Notes under the pieces: model-generated
The model's database searches: none
Told to the model about the DNA's origin: nothing
Seen by the model: only the letters and a program-made list of their open reading frames with translations
In this document: piece by piece, positions 48,631 to 60,265 of the stretch
How positions within the stretch are numbered: the first letter of the stretch is position 1
Layout: each line of letters begins with the position of its first letter
Source of the DNA: Paraphysomonas bandaiensis
Lineage: Eukaryota > Protista > Chrysophyceae
NCBI GenBank assembly: GCA_965644295.1
Contig: CBFFRP010000058.1
Coordinates: 1-64,000, forward strand
DNA length: 64,000 nucleotides
Reading direction: 5' to 3'
Made by a program: the position numbers and the translations under genes

Positions 48631-49931
48631 TCTCACTTTTTTTACCTGTAACTAATGTAGTATTTACATGTTCTCTTTACACCTACTACATTACGTATTG
48701 CAAAACACATCAAACACTCAACTTAAATTGACATTTTCAAAATTTCACCAGGTTTAGACCGTTTCACCAGGTTTGGTCATCACATCAACTTATATTATTG
48801 TTATAATATATGAGTTGAACTACAAGGTATTGACTTGGTTAATCGCAAATAAATAATGATTACTAGAGATTACAGATGTAATACATTGTACTAAGTATGT
48901 GGATATGCATGCATGTGATGTGATATCCATTCATTCAAGATACGCCGTGCGTATGCAATAGAGAAACTACGGAAGAGAAGTTTATACTTCAACTTCAGCT
49001 AAGCGTACGTTCTGAATGATATGGAAATGCATATCTATAATTAATACATAATAGTATCACAACACACTAGCCTTTAATGAGAGCAACCACAAAGAATTGA
49101 CCGGAATAAACATACATACACGAAACGAACGATATTGTTTTGAACGATATTGTCGAATGAAATGATGACGAATTTCAATATGTTTAGACCGCTTGTGGAA
49201 CACTGGGTTAACCGATAGATTAATAGCAGATGTGTTGTCTACTTTGATTCCAGGGTGGGTGTCTGGAAGGATGGGTTTAGCAGGTGGGCGCGGGAAAGTC
49301 AACTCTGCACAGACTGTGTTATGGGAAATACCTTCTTTGGATGTATCACCCATAGAATAATACTCAGAATCCATTGTTGACAGGGCTAGAGATTGTTGGA
49401 GTTTGGAAACCATGCAATACATGCACCAGCTAGAAAAAATGCAGCGTCGGACTGAGAACGTCAAGTAAGTATCTACATCATAATTTGCCCAATTTGCGTC
49501 AGAAAAATCCTGGAGCGTAGGTGGATTGTTAGATTGACACCTGTATATGTTTAGCTATCTACGCCGACTTTATACTGGTAGCAGAGTTGCTAAATACTAA
49601 GCTGTCTCGGGACTGCTTGTGCATTGCTGCAAGCACCTTGGCGCAACCATCCCTTGTGTTGGGCTTAGTCCGGTGGTCTTCCTTTGGGTAATGTCTCTGA
49701 CGGTCCGGAGCCACATGTGAGCCGGGATGTGGAGGGTGGGGTTTTGATTCGGGGGTGTGAGTCGGTGACAGAGGATCCGGGAGCTCCAGTCGTGTCTGGG
49801 TTTCGTTTGTATCGTTTGTATCCGGGCCGGATTTGCAGGCCTGCGTTGTGATCGAGTTCGCGTGGGGGGCTTGGCTCTAGGGGTGGATGTTGCTTGGAAG
49901 AGTTGAAGAATTGCCGAGTTGGTGGTAGTGT
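48630..49931 (-). repeat. Inverted duplicate of 51869-53170 (LINE 3' end, Copia RNase H remnant, LTR-like sequence)
   Basis: Identical ORFs 49057-49464(-) and 52336-52743(+); base-level reverse-complement match. Confidence 0.93.
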
Positions 49932-52256
49932 CAAGCTCACAACCACACCGCACACACTCTGCCACCTACCCGACAATCCTCCAGTCACCCCTAGAGCCAA
50001 GCCCCCCACGCGATCTCGCTCCCAACGCAGGCCTGCAAACCCGGTCCGGAAGCAAACGACCCTCACCACCAAACGAAACCCAGACTCGACTGGAACTCTC
50101 GGACCCTCTGTCACCAACTCACACTCACGAATCAAAACCCCACGCTGGAAAAAGAGCCACCCCTCACCATCAGAGACTGGAACTGGATCCCGCACACCAT
50201 CCCAATCAGAGCTACCACACTCCCCACCAAATATCTTGGAGTACTACTCCCATTCTCCCCAAAAGACACCGACTCCCATGCCTGGTGCGTCAACTACATC
50301 GCCACTTCCACAACATATCTCCGTTATAAGTGCGCATCCCCAGAATGCAAGCTCCTAGTGCTCAACACTCAAATACTCCCGACACTCCTCTACAAAGCCA
50401 CCAAAGCCTCCTGGACGTACGCCAAGTTCCTTGAAATAGACACACTACTTGCACGCGCCGTAAGGGCAGTCCTGCGCCTACCCCCAGGATACCCCACAGC
50501 ACTCATCTACCTCCCAACGAAGTACAAAGGACTTGGGTTACGCAAGTTCTCCACATGTGCTCAGACCCAAAAGTGGCACGCTCTGCAAAGAGCCATCACC
50601 CTTGGAGGCGAGCCCAAACAAGCTGCGTTATCCATTCTACAACGCCACGACCTAAACCAACTCGACAATGACCTATACATCACTAGCCTAGTCCAATGGG
50701 GACAACAGCTTGGAATCCGGCTGCAGCCTCCATCACCGGCTACGCCCCAATTCCGAGACACCATTGACAGGGTACAATCCCAACTCCAATTGTACGACGA
50801 TCACCCACACGACTATCAAGCCATCTTCACTGATGGATCCTTCACTCGCACCAATCTCACCCCCGCCCACCTACTCGGAACCTCGCACATCCAGAATGCC
50901 GCGCACACCGGGGGAGCAGCAATTGTGTGGCTCCCGCCCAAAAACAACTGGAGTCACAGACCAACCAAAATCCTTCACCTCACAACCCCGGAGCACTCCA
51001 CACCTCTGGACTAACATCATACACATACGAGACCCTCGCGATGTCAGCTGCCCTAAGGTTCTCCAAAGTCATATCACCCACTGTGCCCATGTGTACTGAC
51101 TGTCAGGCAGTTCAAACACGAACCACAGAAGCCCTGTCACGCAGGAGGAGAGCACTAGGCACGAAGCCACAGGGTGTCTTTTACGAATGCCTTGCCACAG
51201 AACATCACAAACAGCATCCAATCAAATGGGTTCGTTCCCACCCCGAACGCCGAACGCCAGACCAAAGTAAATGAACCTACAACGACCATGGCATCTACAT
51301 AGCTGACGCGGCCGCCAGCGGGGACTGGACAACGATCAACAAAATACTCGGCGCCACCAACTACAGAGTGGTCACAACTGAAATCACACACCTCCTAGAG
51401 GAATTCCTCACTACTGGTCAATGGCACTGGAGGAGATACGACAAGTATCTTCTCACAGACAGTGGCCCCATGCTAGGGGACGTCACAGAACTCCAACACC
51501 AATGGGACCTCCACCAGTACACACTCACGAGAGATGGCACGTACGCCGACACCCTCGCCCATGGTTCCACACCGCTTTGAACAAATTGGCAAAGGCTGCA
51601 TGGGATCCTAACACACCCCAAATTGAAAGATACTGGACCGGCCAACTCACCGCATCGCAACTAGCAAACGCCTTCGGCTGTAACATCTCCACGCCACTAC
51701 CCGAATATCAGTTCCACAAACTCGAGCAATCTGTCACCAAGATTCTACTCCCTCTCTACAACGGAGGGATGAACATGCTCAAAAACAGAGGCTGCAGACA
51801 TCACAACTTCAAGGTAACACCACTGACACAACCCTCGACTCCTACAACCTCACAACCACACCGCACTCACACTACCACCAACTCGGCAATTCTTCAACTC
51901 TTCCAAGCAACATCCACCCCTAGAGCCAAGCCCCCCACGCGAACTCGATCACAACGCAGGCCTGCAAATCCGGCCCGGATACAAACGATACAAACGAAAC
52001 CCAGACACGACTGGAGCTCCCGGATCCTCTGTCACCGACTCACACCCCCGAATCAAAACCCCACCCTCCACATCCCGGCTCACATGTGGCTCCGGACCGT
52101 CAGAGACATTACCCAAAGGAAGACCACCGGACTAAGCCCAACACAAGGGATGGTTGCGCCAAGGTGCTTGCAGCAATGCACAAGCAGTCCCGAGACAACT
52201 TAGTATTTAGCAACTCTGCTACCAGTATAAAGTCGGCGTAGATAGCTAAACATATA
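49932..52256 (+). mobile_element. Non-LTR retrotransposon subfamily C copy with 3' end (49932-51569 duplicates 46996-48630)
   Basis: Same ORFs and lesions as 46996-48630. An internal deletion removes the zinc finger. 3' hairpin at 52147-52191. Confidence 0.88.
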
Positions 52257-52259
52257 CAG

Positions 52260-52743
52260 GTGTCAATCTAACAATCCACCTACGCTCCAGGATTTTTCTG
52301 ACGCAAATTGGGCAAATTATGATGTAGATACTTACTTGACGTTCTCAGTCCGACGCTGCATTTTTTCTAGCTGGTGCATGTATTGCATGGTTTCCAAACT
52401 CCAACAATCTCTAGCCCTGTCAACAATGGATTCTGAGTATTATTCTATGGGTGATACATCCAAAGAAGGTATTTCCCATAACACAGTCTGTGCAGAGTTG
52501 ACTTTCCCGCGCCCACCTGCTAAACCCATCCTTCCAGACACCCACCCTGGAATCAAAGTAGACAACACATCTGCTATTAATCTATCGGTTAACCCAGTGT
52601 TCCACAAGCGGTCTAAACATATTGAAATTCGTCATCATTTCATTCGACAATATCGTTCAAAACAATATCGTTCGTTTCGTGTATGTATGTTTATTCCGGT
52701 CAATTCTTTGTGGTTGCTCTCATTAAAGGCTAGTGTGTTGTGA
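52260..52743 (+). pseudogene. Ty1/Copia RNase H remnant
   Basis: FSDANWA, SKLQQSLALSTMDSEY, VDNTSAI, NPVFHKRSKHIEIRHHFIRQ. Confidence 0.85.
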
Positions 52744-53571
52744 TACTATTATGTATTAATTATAGATATGCATTTCCATATCATTCAGAACGTACGCTTA
52801 GCTGAAGTTGAAGTATAAACTTCTCTTCCGTAGTTTCTCTATTGCATACGCACGGCGTATCTTGAATGAATGGATATCACATCACATGCATGCATATCCA
52901 CATACTTAGTACAATGTATTACATCTGTAATCTCTAGTAATCATTATTTATTTGCGATTAACCAAGTCAATACCTTGTAGTTCAACTCATATATTATAAC
53001 AATAATATAAGTTGATGTGATGACCAAACCTGGTGAAACGGTCTAAACCTGGTGAAATTTTGAAAATGTCAATTTAAGTTGAGTGTTTGATGTGTTTTGC
53101 AATACGTAATGTAGTAGGTGTAAAGAGAACATGTAAATACTACATTAGTTACAGGTAAAAAAAGTGAGAATATAACGGTTACATTATTTATATATAATAC
53201 ATCACCATGCATACTATAGTGCTATATATTACAAAGTGCTACTATTTATAATAATTATACTTACAACTAAACTGTCAATACTGTAAAGAACGGAAGTGGT
53301 TGCTTGGTGCTTGCGGCGACGCACAAGCAGCTTCTGTAGCATTATGTCAAGTTATGACACAATTGGATGATTAGTAAGTTAACTGGACGTGTATTCACTC
53401 ATGAATCAAGTTAATATAAGAGAAGATTATAATATATATAATAAACTATATATCACGTTATCTCTACTACCACTCATTTCTAGTACGATCTTACATCGTC
53501 ATGATATCACTTCTCATAATACAGCTCATCACTACTGTATTCTCCAGTAACCGTTATAATTCCAATATCTT

Positions 53572-54025
53572 AGAATTACAGCTTTTAATTGCTCCAACAG
53601 CAAAACTCAACACTCCCTCTCAATTCAAAGCTGTACATTGATTTTTCAAACCACGAGACATAACTGACGGATACGCAACCACCAAGACCTCATGAGCTGT
53701 ACATTGAATCTTCACATCGCAAGACATAACTGTTGGGTAGAATTACAGCTTTTAATTGCTCCAACAGCAAAACTCAACACTCCCTCTCAATTCAAAGCTG
53801 TACATTGATTTTTCAAACCACGAGACATAACTGACGGATACGCAACCACCAAGACCTCATGAGCTGTACATTGAATCTTCACATCGCAAGACATAACTGT
53901 TGGGTAGAATTACAGCTTTTAATTGCTCCAACAGCAAAACTCAACACTCCCTCTCAATTCAAAGCTGTAGATAGACTCTTCATATCACGAGACATAACTG
54001 ACGGATACGCAACCACCAAAAACCT
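53572..54025 (-). repeat. 168-bp tandem repeat (about 2.7 copies), each containing a Copia-type PPT/LTR junction
   Basis: AGAATTACAGCTTTT recurs with a 168-bp period; each unit contains CAACACTCCCTCTCAA. Confidence 0.85.
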
Positions 54026-55009
54026 CAGAGGACAAACCGGTGGACGTATGACTCCGACGTTTCAGCAAGCCTCACCATAGACAACACATCTGAATGATCT
54101 TCTGTCTCTGATAATTAGCACATATGATTTCCTATCCTCGTCGCTGAGATCAATCACACCACATCATTCAACTTCAACGCTAAGTCGCGAGCACCCTGGC
54201 TGTCAGGAAGAATGGAGTGGGTTCGTACAATCGAAGTCCCAGTTCGACCAACACCCCCCGAAGCCACACCAGTTCTTGCATGCCAGCAGTCATAGCCTGA
54301 TACTTACAAGCTGAAACGAAACAACGCAATTAACGAACTTCGCATATATTATGCCTTGATCTCTCTACAATTAGAACAGTCACTGTCATCACACAGATTG
54401 ACAATCTCCTCATCATAAAGGTTTACCTCACCCAGGGTGGACACACTAGTCAACACCCGTACGCTTACCACACAAGTCTCCCTAGACTCAGCAGGTGCAG
54501 TACCACTGATCTCACTAGACGCAAAAGGTACAGTCTCACGGTCACGATTCGCACTAATCTCACTAGACTTCGTATACACAGTATCACTAGGCAAAGTACG
54601 AAGGGACATTCTCTTCCCTGGAATCTCATCCGCCGTATAGACTTATTGGGCGCACCACCCGAAGCAGGCGTGTAGATGAAGATCCACCCCTTTTTTTCAT
54701 TACAAAAACGAGGTTTTTATAGTACAGCCGCCTCACTAGATACAGCACCCGCACTACTCTCTGGCAAAGTACGAAGGGACAATCTCTTCCCTGGAATCTC
54801 ATCCGCCGTATAGACTTGTTATATGTTCCCCACGAAGCCGGCGTAGATGAAGACCCACCTCTCTTGTCGTCACAAGAACGAGGTTTTTAGTACAGCCGGC
54901 GGTTATACACGTCTATATCGACTTCAAGATAGCTGAACTCTGCAACAGTTCGGACCAGTGGGTCACTCCTCATCACTTGCGCTCCCATCGATAGACCACT
55001 ACACCCCCA

Positions 55010-55905
55010 TCCAGGCCATCACCCTTGGAGGGGAACCCAAGAGCGCCGCCATATCCATATTGCAACGTCACGATCACAACCACCCAAACCTCGACCTGTA
55101 CATCACTAGCCTGGTCCAATGGGGACAACAGCTCGGAATCCGACTGCAGCCCCCATCCCCGGCCACACCCCAATTCCGAGAAACCATCGACATGGTTCAA
55201 TCACAGCTCCAACTGCACGATAATCATCCACATGATTTTCAAGCCATCTTCACTGATGGTTCTTTCACTCGCACTAACCTCTCTCCTGCTCACCTACTAG
55301 GTGATTCCCACACGCAGCCCGCAACGCACAACGGGGGGGCAGCAATTGTCTGGCTTCCGCCCAAAACCAACTGGAGCACAGGAATAACCAAAATCCTTCG
55401 ACTTACAGCCCCTGAGCATACCCTACCTGGGCTCACCCCATACACCTACGAGACCCTGGCAATGTCAGCAGCCCTCACGTCCTCTAAACTCATACCCCCC
55501 TCCGTACCTATGTGCACCGACTGCCAAACACGAACCACGGAAGCCCTCTCCCGTCGGCGGCGAGCCCTCGGCACAAAACCACAGGGTATCTTTTACGAAT
55601 GCCTCGCCACAGAAAATCATCGACAGCGGCCAATCCGATGGGTCCGCTCCCATCCAGAACGCCGAACGCAAGATCGGAACAAATGGACCTACAGTGACTA
55701 TGGCATTTACATAGCTGACGCTGCCGCCAGTGGGGAGTGGTCGACGGTAGACAAAATACTAGGCGGCACAAACTACAGCGTAGTCACAACTGAGATCACA
55801 CATCTCATCGACGAATTCCTCACTGCCGGCCAATGGCAATGGAGAAGATATGACAAATTCCTCCACACCGACTGCGGACCCATGCTCGGGGACGTCACCG
55901 ATCTC
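55010..55905 (+). mobile_element. Non-LTR retrotransposon subfamily B internal fragment (RNase H)
   Basis: ORF 54958-55914: AITLGGEPK, IFTDGS, YETLA, WVRSH, ADAAA. Closely similar to 9330-10210. Confidence 0.88.
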
Positions 55906-56077
55906 CATATATGAAAGTCTGATTATTACATGAGTACAGTTGCGTACAGAAACTAGTTTATGTCTATAGACTAGCTAATAACTAGATTTGCTATATACTA
56001 CTAGTGGCGGGCAACCGTCTCGGGACTGCTTGTGCATCGCTGCGAGCACCATGGTGCAACCGTCCCTTGTAGTGAGG

Positions 56078-57925
56078 TTAGTCGGGGGGTCTACCTTTGG
56101 GCAATGTGTCTGGCGGGCCTGTGCCATGGATTATGTGGGGGGTGGGTGAGGCGAGTTGTATATGAGAGTGCAAGTAGTAGGTGGTGGAGATGGTGCTGGT
56201 TGTTGAGGTGGGGTTTCGGCTACAAGTAAGGAGAAGTTGTTTCCGGAGTGGTTGCGCTTGCCTCTGTCGGGTCTGGGCTCTTGCAGAGAGTGTAGTTCGT
56301 GGGGTGGATGTCGCCTGGAGTAGCTGGAGTACTTTTGGTGTCGGGTGGGTATCCTGGGGCTGGCGGGGCTTTGCGTGTGTCGGGACCGGTGTCGCCGGTG
56401 CCGTGTCTACGTTGTGGTGTCTGTGTCCCCTATTGCGAAGCATGCGGAGCCCTCCATCATATAGGGGGAGTAGGATAGAGGCGATGGATTTTTCTAGGGC
56501 GTGGAATTGATGTTCGAGCAGTGAGCTGGATATGTGGCGTCCGAATGCGTCGGCCATTTGTGTGGCAGTAATGTGGCCGGTCCAGTAGCGCTCAACCTGG
56601 GGGGTGGCTGGGTTCCATGCGGCTTTGGCTAGTTTGGTTATGGCGGTGTAAAACCAGGGATGGGGGAGCGTGCGTGTGCGAAGTTTGTCAAGCTTATTGT
56701 GGTGTGCTTGGTGGACATCTTCACGTATGTGAATGATGTCAGGGTGAGTGCAGGTGAGAAGCATGTGCGCCATGTTGTCTGTGGGGTGTGCACAGTCTGC
56801 GCATGTGGAAGCCGTTGTGCGATCGTGTCCGGATTTTCCTTTGGCTCGGTTTCTACCCATTGCAAAGGATTTGTCCCATACGTATGCCGTCTCGCGTATA
56901 CGCTCTGCGAGGGGGATGTAGTGTTTGGAGGAGTTATGGGTACGGAGGGGATGGAGCTTGTGTGGGAGCCTTGTTCCGCTGCGTGTCCAATACTGCGGGT
57001 CTCGTTGCGTTTGTGCAGCATACATGCTATCTCGTCGGAGGGTGTAGTGATGGAGGTCCCACTGGTGGTGGAGATCTGTAACGTCTCCTAGCATAGGACC
57101 GAGGTCTGTGAGGAGGTGTGTATCGTATCTACGCCAGTGCCATTGACCCGTGGTGAAGAATTCTTCCAGTATGTGCGTAGCGTCTGTTGTGACAACACTG
57201 TAGTTGGAGGCTCCGAGCACTTTGTCTAGTGTCTTCCAGTCGCCGCTGGCGGCGGCGTCAGCTATATAAATGCCGTGGTCAGTGTAGGTCCAGTTGCTTT
57301 GATCTTGTGTTCTACGTTCGGGGTGCGAACGCGTCCATTGTATTGGGCGCTGTTTAAGAGCTGTGGTGGCGAGGCATTCGTAAAATATTCCCTGGGGCTT
57401 TGTTCCGAGGGCGCGCCGTCTGTGTGAGAGGGCCTCTTTGGTCCGCGTCTGTACCGCCTGGCAGTCAGTCCAGATTGGCACGGAAGAGTGGAGTACATTG
57501 GAGAATGTCAGTGCTGCTGACATTGCAAGGGTTTCGTAGGTGTATGCGTTGAGGCCAGGCGCTGTGTACTGTGGTGCCGTAAGTTGTAGGATTTTGGTTT
57601 GTCTGTGACCCCAGGTGTTCTTGGGCGGGAGCCATACAATTGCAGCTCCTCCGTCGTGAGAATTGGGCTGTGTGTGGGTGTTGCCGAGTAGGTGAGCAGG
57701 GGTGAGGTGTGTGCGTGTGAAGGATCCATCCGTGAAGATGGCTTTGTAAGCATATTTGTGATCATTGTACAGTTGTAGCTGTGATTGGACTTTGTCAATG
57801 GTAGCTCGGAATTGTGGCGTAGCTGGGGAGGGAGGTTGTATTCTGATGCCTAGTTGTTGCCCCCATTGTACCAGACTGGTGATGTACGTGTCAACGTCCT
57901 GGGGGGGGTGCTCGTAGCGTTGCAA
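56078..57925 (-). CDS. RNase H, CCHC zinc finger and basic tail of the LINE ORF
   Basis: D(FTDGS)-E(YETLA)-D(TDCQ)-H(RSH)-D(ADAAA) RNase H residues in order; C-x2-C...H-x4-C. Confidence 0.85.
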   Translation of the reverse strand: MQRYEHPPQDVDTYITSLVQWGQQLGIRIQPPSPATPQFRATIDKVQSQLQLYNDHKYAYKAIFTDGSFTRTHLTPAHLLGNTHTQPNSHDGGAAIVWLPPKNTWGHRQTKILQLTAPQYTAPGLNAYTYETLAMSAALTFSNVLHSSVPIWTDCQAVQTRTKEALSHRRRALGTKPQGIFYECLATTALKQRPIQWTRSHPERRTQDQSNWTYTDHGIYIADAAASGDWKTLDKVLGASNYSVVTTDATHILEEFFTTGQWHWRRYDTHLLTDLGPMLGDVTDLHHQWDLHHYTLRRDSMYAAQTQRDPQYWTRSGTRLPHKLHPLRTHNSSKHYIPLAERIRETAYVWDKSFAMGRNRAKGKSGHDRTTASTCADCAHPTDNMAHMLLTCTHPDIIHIREDVHQAHHNKLDKLRTRTLPHPWFYTAITKLAKAAWNPATPQVERYWTGHITATQMADAFGRHISSSLLEHQFHALEKSIASILLPLYDGGLRMLRNRGHRHHNVDTAPATPVPTHAKPRQPQDTHPTPKVLQLLQATSTPRTTLSARAQTRQRQAQPLRKQLLLTCSRNPTSTTSTISTTYYLHSHIQLASPTPHIIHGTGPPDTLPKGRPPD

Positions 57926-59094
57926 GGGCGATATGGCCGCACTCTTGGGCTGTCCTCCGAGTGTGAGAGCTCGTTGAAGAGTATGCCATTTCTGAGTCTG
58001 GGCGTGGGTTGAAAATTTGCGCAGTCCAAGCCCTTTGTATTTCGGGGGAAGGTAGATAAGATCCGTGGGATATCCAGGGGGAGACGGAGTATTTTCCTAG
58101 CGGCCTGCGCGAGTAGTTTGTCTATGGCGATGTATTTAGCGTATGTCCAGGATGCTTTGGTGGCCTTGTATAGTAGGGTCGGGAGTATTTGTGTGTTGAG
58201 GACGAGTAGCTTGCAGTCAGGTGTCGCGCATTTGGATCGTAGAACTGCCGTGGATGTGGCTATGTAGGTGGTGCACCAGCTGTGGGAGTCGGTGTCCTTT
58301 ACTGAGAATGGAAGTTGTACGCCGAGATACTTGGTGGAATTGGTGGTTGTTCGGATGGGGATGGGGTGTGGGCACCAGTTCCAGTCTCTTATGATGATGT
58401 GTGGGTTTGATTCTAACATGGCCGTCACCGCAAATGGGGCTCCCAGGGCAATGCATTCAGTTTTGGGGATGTTTAGTTGCATTCCGGAGAAGGCGCAGAA
58501 GGATGAGAGTTTGTCGGCCTTGAGCTGAGTGGCCTCAATGGAAGTTGTGATTTGGGAGAGGTCATCTGCGTACGCCTCATCTTGGCTATCATCATGTAGG
58601 TCAGACCAGCATAGGATCATGTCAAAGATGACGATCCATGCAACTGTGGATTCAGTTCCACCTTGTGTGACCCCTCTCTCCGCGGAGAATTCCATGTCAG
58701 GGTGCTGGATAAAGGAGCCATCTGAGCCAAGCAGTTCTTCGAGTGATCGGGGATCGATGTTGTCGGCCATGTGTGGGGTCCAGATGAAGGTGCGACCCCC
58801 ATCGTCGAGGTCGCTTAGCCATTTGATCGTGTCATCGGGGACACCAAGTCTTGCCCATGCTAATTTGAGAAGATTGGGTGCGATGGAGTCGAAGGCCTTT
58901 TGAAAGTCCCAGAAGGTGCAGAGTTTCACATGCCCGGTAAGTTTGGCCAGTTCCGTGGCCGCGAGGACTCGTAGAATGGCCGTGTCCGTGCCGTGTCGCC
59001 ATCGATAGCCGTGTTGCGCAGGGTGTAGGACTTCATCTTCTTCCCATATGTGGAGGAGCCGGTGGGTGATGATACGGGTCATTAGTTTGCGCAA
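57850..59094 (-). CDS. Non-LTR reverse transcriptase domain (fragment)
   Basis: LINE-type RT motifs DFQKAFD, GVTQGG, YADD, LNIPKT, YLG. Confidence 0.92.
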   Translation of the reverse strand: MRKLMTRIITHRLLHIWEEDEVLHPAQHGYRWRHGTDTAILRVLAATELAKLTGHVKLCTFWDFQKAFDSIAPNLLKLAWARLGVPDDTIKWLSDLDDGGRTFIWTPHMADNIDPRSLEELLGSDGSFIQHPDMEFSAERGVTQGGTESTVAWIVIFDMILCWSDLHDDSQDEAYADDLSQITTSIEATQLKADKLSSFCAFSGMQLNIPKTECIALGAPFAVTAMLESNPHIIIRDWNWCPHPIPIRTTTNSTKYLGVQLPFSVKDTDSHSWCTTYIATSTAVLRSKCATPDCKLLVLNTQILPTLLYKATKASWTYAKYIAIDKLLAQAARKILRLPLDIPRILSTFPRNTKGLDCANFQPTPRLRNGILFNELSHSEDSPRVRPYRPCNATSTPPRTLTRTSPVWYNGGNN

Positions 59095-60265
59095 AACCTC
59101 TAGGAGCCCTATCGGTCGGAGGTTCTTTAGAGACGTGTGTCCACTTGTACGTATTGGCAGTCAGCATCGTATTTTTCGGAAATATAATGAATCAAAAATA
59201 CGCTATACTGCTGAAGTACAACTACGGCTGGAATACAGATAATTCTTGACTCAATATTAGAGGCATCTTTGAACAAAAATATACAGAGGATGCCCATACG
59301 TAATCCGAGAGTGAAGTGTGTCTTCATCCGAAGATAAGATGCAGACTGTACATACACACACAGTCCACTAGAGCCCCCCCTTGTAGCATATTAACCTCAC
59401 TGGTCTTTTGTGGTATGTGATTAGTTTGACGCCTCGGCGTTACAGGCGGAGTGTGGATGCAAGGGTGTGTTCATGTCGGCGCCAGCTGCGAGCTCGTGCC
59501 ACCAGGTGTCGTCATGATGTAGCTTGTGGGCGACTGGGTCAAGTCCGGATGGGATGGAGTGGTGGGCTGTGAAATGTTTGTTCAGCTCGTCCTGTATGTC
59601 TATGGGGAGGGTTAGGGTGGCTCCGTCCTCTAGGGTGAGTCGGGTGAGGGGTGGCGTCTGTTTGCGCTTCAATCCTATTGTCTGAAGGACTTTTCCGATG
59701 TGTTGGAGTTCCAGGTGGGCTTGGATGGTGTGGGTCCTGTGGGTCATACGCTTCCTCATTTCTGTTCTTGCTCTTCCTTGGAGCATTCGGGTAAGGTTAT
59801 CCCGTAGGGTGTCAAAGTGTGTGCTATTGATGGTCGCAACAGTCCATGTCAGCATCTGGCGTGGATCCACGGCAGGCTTGATGATGGTGGTGGGTGGGTG
59901 GGATGGGTCCTCTGAAGCGTGGTCCAGGGCGGCTATGGTGACCTCCCATCGCTGGAGGCCTCTTCGTGTAAGACTGTAGAGACGTGTGTCATCTACATGA
60001 GGGTGGAGATAGCCGGCTCTGTTGAAAAACTTTCTCTTTAGGTAGATGACTAAGTGGAGCGCTGTTTGAATAACTCTCATTTCCGCAGAAAAGCCGTCTT
60101 TGAAGCGGAAACGTTTGCGTTGGCAGAGGTGGTGAATGCGTGTTTTCTTCGTTCTATTTGCGCTACGGGTGTCGTGAGCCGCGTCGATGGTGATGCGATG
60201 GATTAGTGCTAGTTTGGTGGCGGCGCGGTCGGCAGGGTGTGGGTGTGCCGAGGGCTCCGGGAGGG

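Larger units (their letters stand above)
55906..60265 (-). mobile_element. Longest copy of the RT+RNase H non-LTR retrotransposon (subfamily A), 5'-truncated
   Basis: RT: RPIGLLEVLRKL, QHGYR, WDFQKAFDSI, RGVTQG, YADD, KYLGV. Then RNase H, CADC...HMLLTCTH and the 3' UTR. One frameshift near 58075 and a foreign insert at about 59146-59445. Confidence 0.9.

Noticed and set aside
46765-52256. Penelope-like tandem/inverted arrangement
   Set aside because: The RT motifs are LINE-type with RNase H, there is no GIY-YIG domain or hammerhead, and the inversion includes non-element DNA.
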